A stretch of 42,605 nt of DNA from contig CAJVPI010000206.1 in NCBI GenBank assembly GCA_910592345.1, forward strand, positions 1 through 42,605, read 5' to 3'. Below the pieces are notes generated by a model. The model did no database searches. It saw only the letters and a program-made list of their open reading frames with translations, and was not told the DNA's origin. Shown piece after piece: positions 38,402 through 42,605 of the stretch. How positions within the stretch are numbered: position 1 is the first letter of the stretch; every line of letters starts with the position of its first letter. A program made the translations under genes and the position numbers. The DNA is from Paraglomus brasilianum. Its lineage: Eukaryota.

Positions 38402-38877
38402 GGCGCTTACTACGAAAATATGAAAAAGTCTCTTGGAAATATAGTGATCAATCTACATTGGGCAATTCCATATTTGGAAATTGCTGAATGCTTTAATATT
38501 AATATTAATATTCATAATCTAAACATCCGAACTAGTCGTTTCATGTCCTTTGGCTTTAATCGAGCCTTTTTAACTATTCTTCTGTTCATCACCTTTTGAA
38601 GTCAGTTCGGGCGATTCGCTTTTCAACAATTTCTCAATTAAGCAGAAGAATCAACTTTATCGCAATTGCAATAATAATAATCACAATGATACAAACCCAA
38701 ATCATAAAACTCCCACCATCAATAGGCAATATACAATGCAATAAAGCCGAATCAACTTTTTAAAACATGAATTGGATTATTACAAGGCCGAAATTATGTA
38801 AATCTCGTGATGATAGTCTGTGATATTTTTGGGCTTGCCAAAATTTTTTGCATTTTCCCTTCCAGTTTGGCAGTAAA

Positions 38878-41746
38878 ATGGAAGGCGCGCAGGATGCTTC
38901 TCAGGTAGATCAGCAGCCCGATTCGAAAGAGGATGTCACTCAACAACAACCGGAGCAATCACTAGAAGAAATAGCGCAGAAAGATCAACAAACACAGCAA
39001 CAACAGGCACAACAGGAACGGGTCCAACAACAGAAGCCACAAAAGCAAGATCTTCAGCAACAGTATCACTACCAACATCACCAGCATCATCAACAGTCAC
39101 GGACACAACCTGAGAAAAGTATACCATTATCTTCTCAGTCTCCTTTGGGACCTATCCGCGCTTCTCTTCCACCTGGCTGGACTGAACACCGAGCTCCAAA
39201 TGGGCTCTTTTACTATTACAATGCAGCAACGGGACAGAGCACCTGGGAAAGACCTATTACTGTATTTCCTCCACCTCCACCAATATTAGGAGGGCCCCCT
39301 ATGGGACCGCCTCCAATAGGACTCCTACCTCCAGGATTCAATCTCTCACCATTTCAATCCATGTCCGGCGTCATGCCTATGCCCGTGCAGCAATCTCATT
39401 TACATCCCGTTCAAGGTTTTGTTCAACCAACAAATCAGCAGGCTTATGTCAGGAAGGACAAAAAAAAGGAGAAGAAGAAAGAAAAGGCTAGAGGAAAGAA
39501 TGTATCTATGTTCGTCGGTCATTCCTCTATATCGTAGATTTATTGGTTTAATTGATAATTCCCTATTCTTGATCATACAGACGTCAGATACCCGGTACAA
39601 GTTGGTATATCGTGTCTACTACAGAAGGCAACGAATTCTACTACAATTCAGATACCAAGCAGTCTGTATGGGAACCTCCTGAAGAAATAAAAGAGCCATT
39701 GAAAATCTTCAAAGAACAGGAAAGATTGGCTGAGGAAGCTGATAATAAAGCAAGTGATTCTGCCAACACTAAAAGAAAAGTAGATGATAGTGGAGACAGA
39801 AGTAGTGAAGAAATGAACAAAAGACATAGGAGTAGTGATGAGGAAGGATTTGAGGGTACAGAGTAAGTTTAGGTCTTAAATTTTAGGATTATTTTTACAT
39901 GAGAGACTAATGACTTATTGCTTAGGTTGACAGAGGACGATATTGCATTTCAACTTCAATTTGCAGAAGAGCAAGAGCAACAGTCATTGCTCAATGAAGG
40001 TGCATATATACAAAATGTTGGAAGTGGTAGCACAAGTGCAAATAATGAAAATACAGCAAAGAATGATAATCAGAACCTCAGGGAAGCTGAATTAACAAAC
40101 GAAGAGAGATCAATCCTGTTCAAGGTACCCAAGTTAGACTTTTAGGCGTCGGGCGGTTTAATTTGATATTGATTTTTCTTGTTTTACCAATCAGAGTTTG
40201 TTAAGGGATATGAATGTTTCGCCATTTGCCGTTTGGGAAAAGGAACTACCAAGGATTATACATGATCCGAGATACACATGTACGAAAGTAACTTCTTGTT
40301 TATTGTACGCAACGTAGTTTTATTTGGTATTAATTAGTTGATATTTTAAAGTGATCGCAACTTTGAAGCAAAGAAAGGAATTATTTGACGAATATTGCAA
40401 AGAAAGAGTTGTTGAACTAAGAGAGGAAAAGAAGAACAAAGCCAAAGTAAGCAATAATAGTGCAATCCACGTTTAAAGGTTTCTTCCATACCTATTAATA
40501 TTCAAAGTTGCTGTCGTGTATAATTGTAGAATCAGCCGCCTAAGGAGGAGTATGAGCTACTCTTGAAGGAAGAAGTCACTCACCGGTCACACTGGGATGA
40601 GTTCAAGTGGAAATTCAAACGAGATCCAAGATTCAAAAATTTTTCTGACGATAAGGCGAGGGAAAGGATGTTTCGTGATTATGTAAAAGAATTAAAAGCT
40701 AGAGAATCCGAGCGTGCGTATACGACAACGGAATATTAGTTTGTATGTTTGCACGAAAAACGAAGTGACCACAATGCTTGTTTGATTCCGTTAGGTAGAC
40801 GAGCTCAACAGAAAAAGGCAGAGGAAAAGTTTGTGGAGCTGTTGCGGGAGACGAGAGAAATTAAATCTGATTCAAGCTGGCGGAAAGTAAGTATTGGGAA
40901 CTTGCTAGGGGACGTGCATATGATTGTTGCATTTATAACTTCTTTCTTGTTATTTTGCAGATCAAGCGCTTAATCGATGATGACCCTAGATATGATGCTA
41001 TAGACTCTTCAAGTGATAGAGAGCAACTATTCAGAGATTATTGCAAGAAACTTGAAGCTGAAGATGAAGAGGAAGCAGCCAGAAAAGAGCAAGCACGAAA
41101 GCAAAGGGAAAAAAGAGCAAGGTAACAGAAATAAAGTCGAAGCAATCGGTTTATTTTGGTGACTATCTTATTCACCTTATCTTTCATATTAGGGAGGAGG
41201 CCAGTCTGAGGGACCGAGAAGCAAAGGTGCGTAAAGAGATGAGGCGTCGCAACAGAGATAAGGAATATGCTATGAAAAGCGCAATGCGAGAAGAAGCTGT
41301 GCGTACTTTCCAAACATTGTTGATAGATCTAGTGAGGACGCATGAGGTACAGTTAATTTGCATCTCCAAATTACGCCAATTTATTCGCAAGATTAATTTT
41401 CGCGTCATTATAGGCTAAGTGGGAGGATAAGAGACCAGATTTGGAGCGAGATTCGAGATTTCACAGTGAAGCTCTTTCCCTTGATGACAAGTTAAAACTC
41501 TACGACGAGCATATCAACGATCTTAAACTAAAAAGACTGAAACAATTCCATGAGCTTCTCGATAAGCATGTAAAATTAGATACAACATGGATTGAGCTTT
41601 TGCCGATTGTTAAAGAGGATCCGCGAGCAGTAAGACTCTCCAAAAATGAATCAGTATTAGAAGAGTACTTTGATGCCTATTTAGAGGCAAGAATTAACAA
41701 GGCAAAAGAAGAATCTAAAGAATTGTCGAAGGAAATAAGTTTATAA
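38878..41746 (+). CDS. TCERG1: TCERG1/CA150 (Urn1/Dre4-like) WW + FF domain transcription-splicing factor
   Basis: Q-rich N-terminus, WW1 (LPPGWTEHRAPNGLFYYYNAATGQSTWERP), WW2 (WYIVSTTEGNEFYYNSDTKQSVWEPP), TEDDIAFQLQ, and FF repeats (FKSLLRDMNVSPFAVWEKELPRIIHDPRY and others). Confidence 0.9.
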
Positions 41747-42397
41747 AAGATTAAGATTTATATTAGACTAAGACCAAGTGTAATACTTTGCTAATTGCCT
41801 GACCATTAAACCATTGGGACGATACATTAATTCTATCCATTTATGTTGGATAAGGACACGTGCTCGCATCTTTTTTTTTCCGACTTCCCTTGCTCGTTTA
41901 AGCATTTGATATTCATAACTATCGTCGAATGTACGGGGGGGTTGATTTTTGAAAAATCTTCATACTTTAATTCATAGTATTTATTACCAATACATGAAGA
42001 TTTCCAATGTTTCTCATTATCAGTAAATACACAAATTCAAGTACAAGTGCTATTTCTTCTGAAATAAAAAACGAGCGTTACAAATTGTAACGCAAGAAAA
42101 AATTTCGACCAGAACATCATATACAGGGTTTTGCAAAAAAAGTCGGACAAATAAAACTGCTTGTTACCCAATAATGTAATATAGTCTGACGGTTAGTTTC
42201 TTTTTCAACGGCGGACATTTTTAAGCTAAATTGAAGGAAAAGTAACAAGCAATTTGAAAGCGTAAACAAGGTAAAAGATAGTGCTTTCGATGCAGTATCA
42301 GTTGCATTTGACGCGACGTGAATTGGGTTTATTCTGGGCAAGTTACACATGTACAGATGTCAGAATGTATTACATGTATTATTATTTTTCCGATGTA

Positions 42398-42605
42398 CAG
42401 TCCCTGGCGAAAATAATGGCGGCCAGTATTTTTTTAATATATCAATTTTGTTCTTATTATTTTTAAAAAAATTTTTATTTATCAAAAAAACCAAGATGAA
42501 AAGTAGATCTATATTAATTTAAACCTAATATGGTCCGGTGCAAAAAGATAGATACCTCAGATTATTGCAAATAAATTTTTTAAGAAAAATTTTTTCTAAA
42601 ATCTG
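42398..42605. mobile_element. Possible left end of a Tc1/mariner-type element or MITE running off the window
   Basis: TA|CAGTCCCTGGCGAAAATAAT resembles Tc1-family termini and is followed by an abrupt shift to very AT-rich sequence. The partner TIR is not in the window. Confidence 0.35.

Noticed and set aside
32569..41746. MED16-GPN1-TCERG1 as a functional RNA polymerase II gene cluster
   Set aside because: Three adjacent housekeeping genes in a compact genome can be neighbours by chance; no synteny data are available here.
1..42605. CRISPR arrays, rRNA, tRNA or spliceosomal snRNA genes
   Set aside because: No repeat-spacer arrays or recognisable RNA gene sequences were seen. ATACTTACC at ~32011 is simply the reverse complement of an ATG5 splice donor, not U1.

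Overview
Gene-dense, intron-rich eukaryotic DNA (short 60-90 nt GT-AG introns, AT-rich), most consistent with an early-diverging fungus (Mucoromycota, probably Glomeromycotina; inference). Housekeeping genes in order: an orphan RGG/low-complexity gene (-), Sec14/CRAL-TRIO (+), RNPS1-like SR-RRM (-), CSF1/BLTP1 (+), SPC24 (-), bestrophin/UPF0187 (-), NUDT5/Ysa1-like Nudix (+), GPR89/GPHR (+), ATG5 (-), MED16 (+), GPN1 (-) and TCERG1/Urn1-like WW-FF (+). Several mobile-element relics are invisible in the ORF track. The first ~260 bp hold the frameshifted C-terminus of a Fanzor/TnpB RNA-guided nuclease, followed by hairpins where its omegaRNA would lie. There is also a decayed ~1.45 kb Tc1-family transposon and two pogo-like MITEs inside introns, one carrying TTAGGG repeats. 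Other highlights: a U12-type-looking intron in ATG5, a start codon split by an intron in RNPS1, a 6.6 kb intronless terminal exon in CSF1 after ~20 introns, and a recurring TCGTGAT promoter motif. Gene boundaries were inferred by eye from splice signals and remembered family motifs; no database searches were run.
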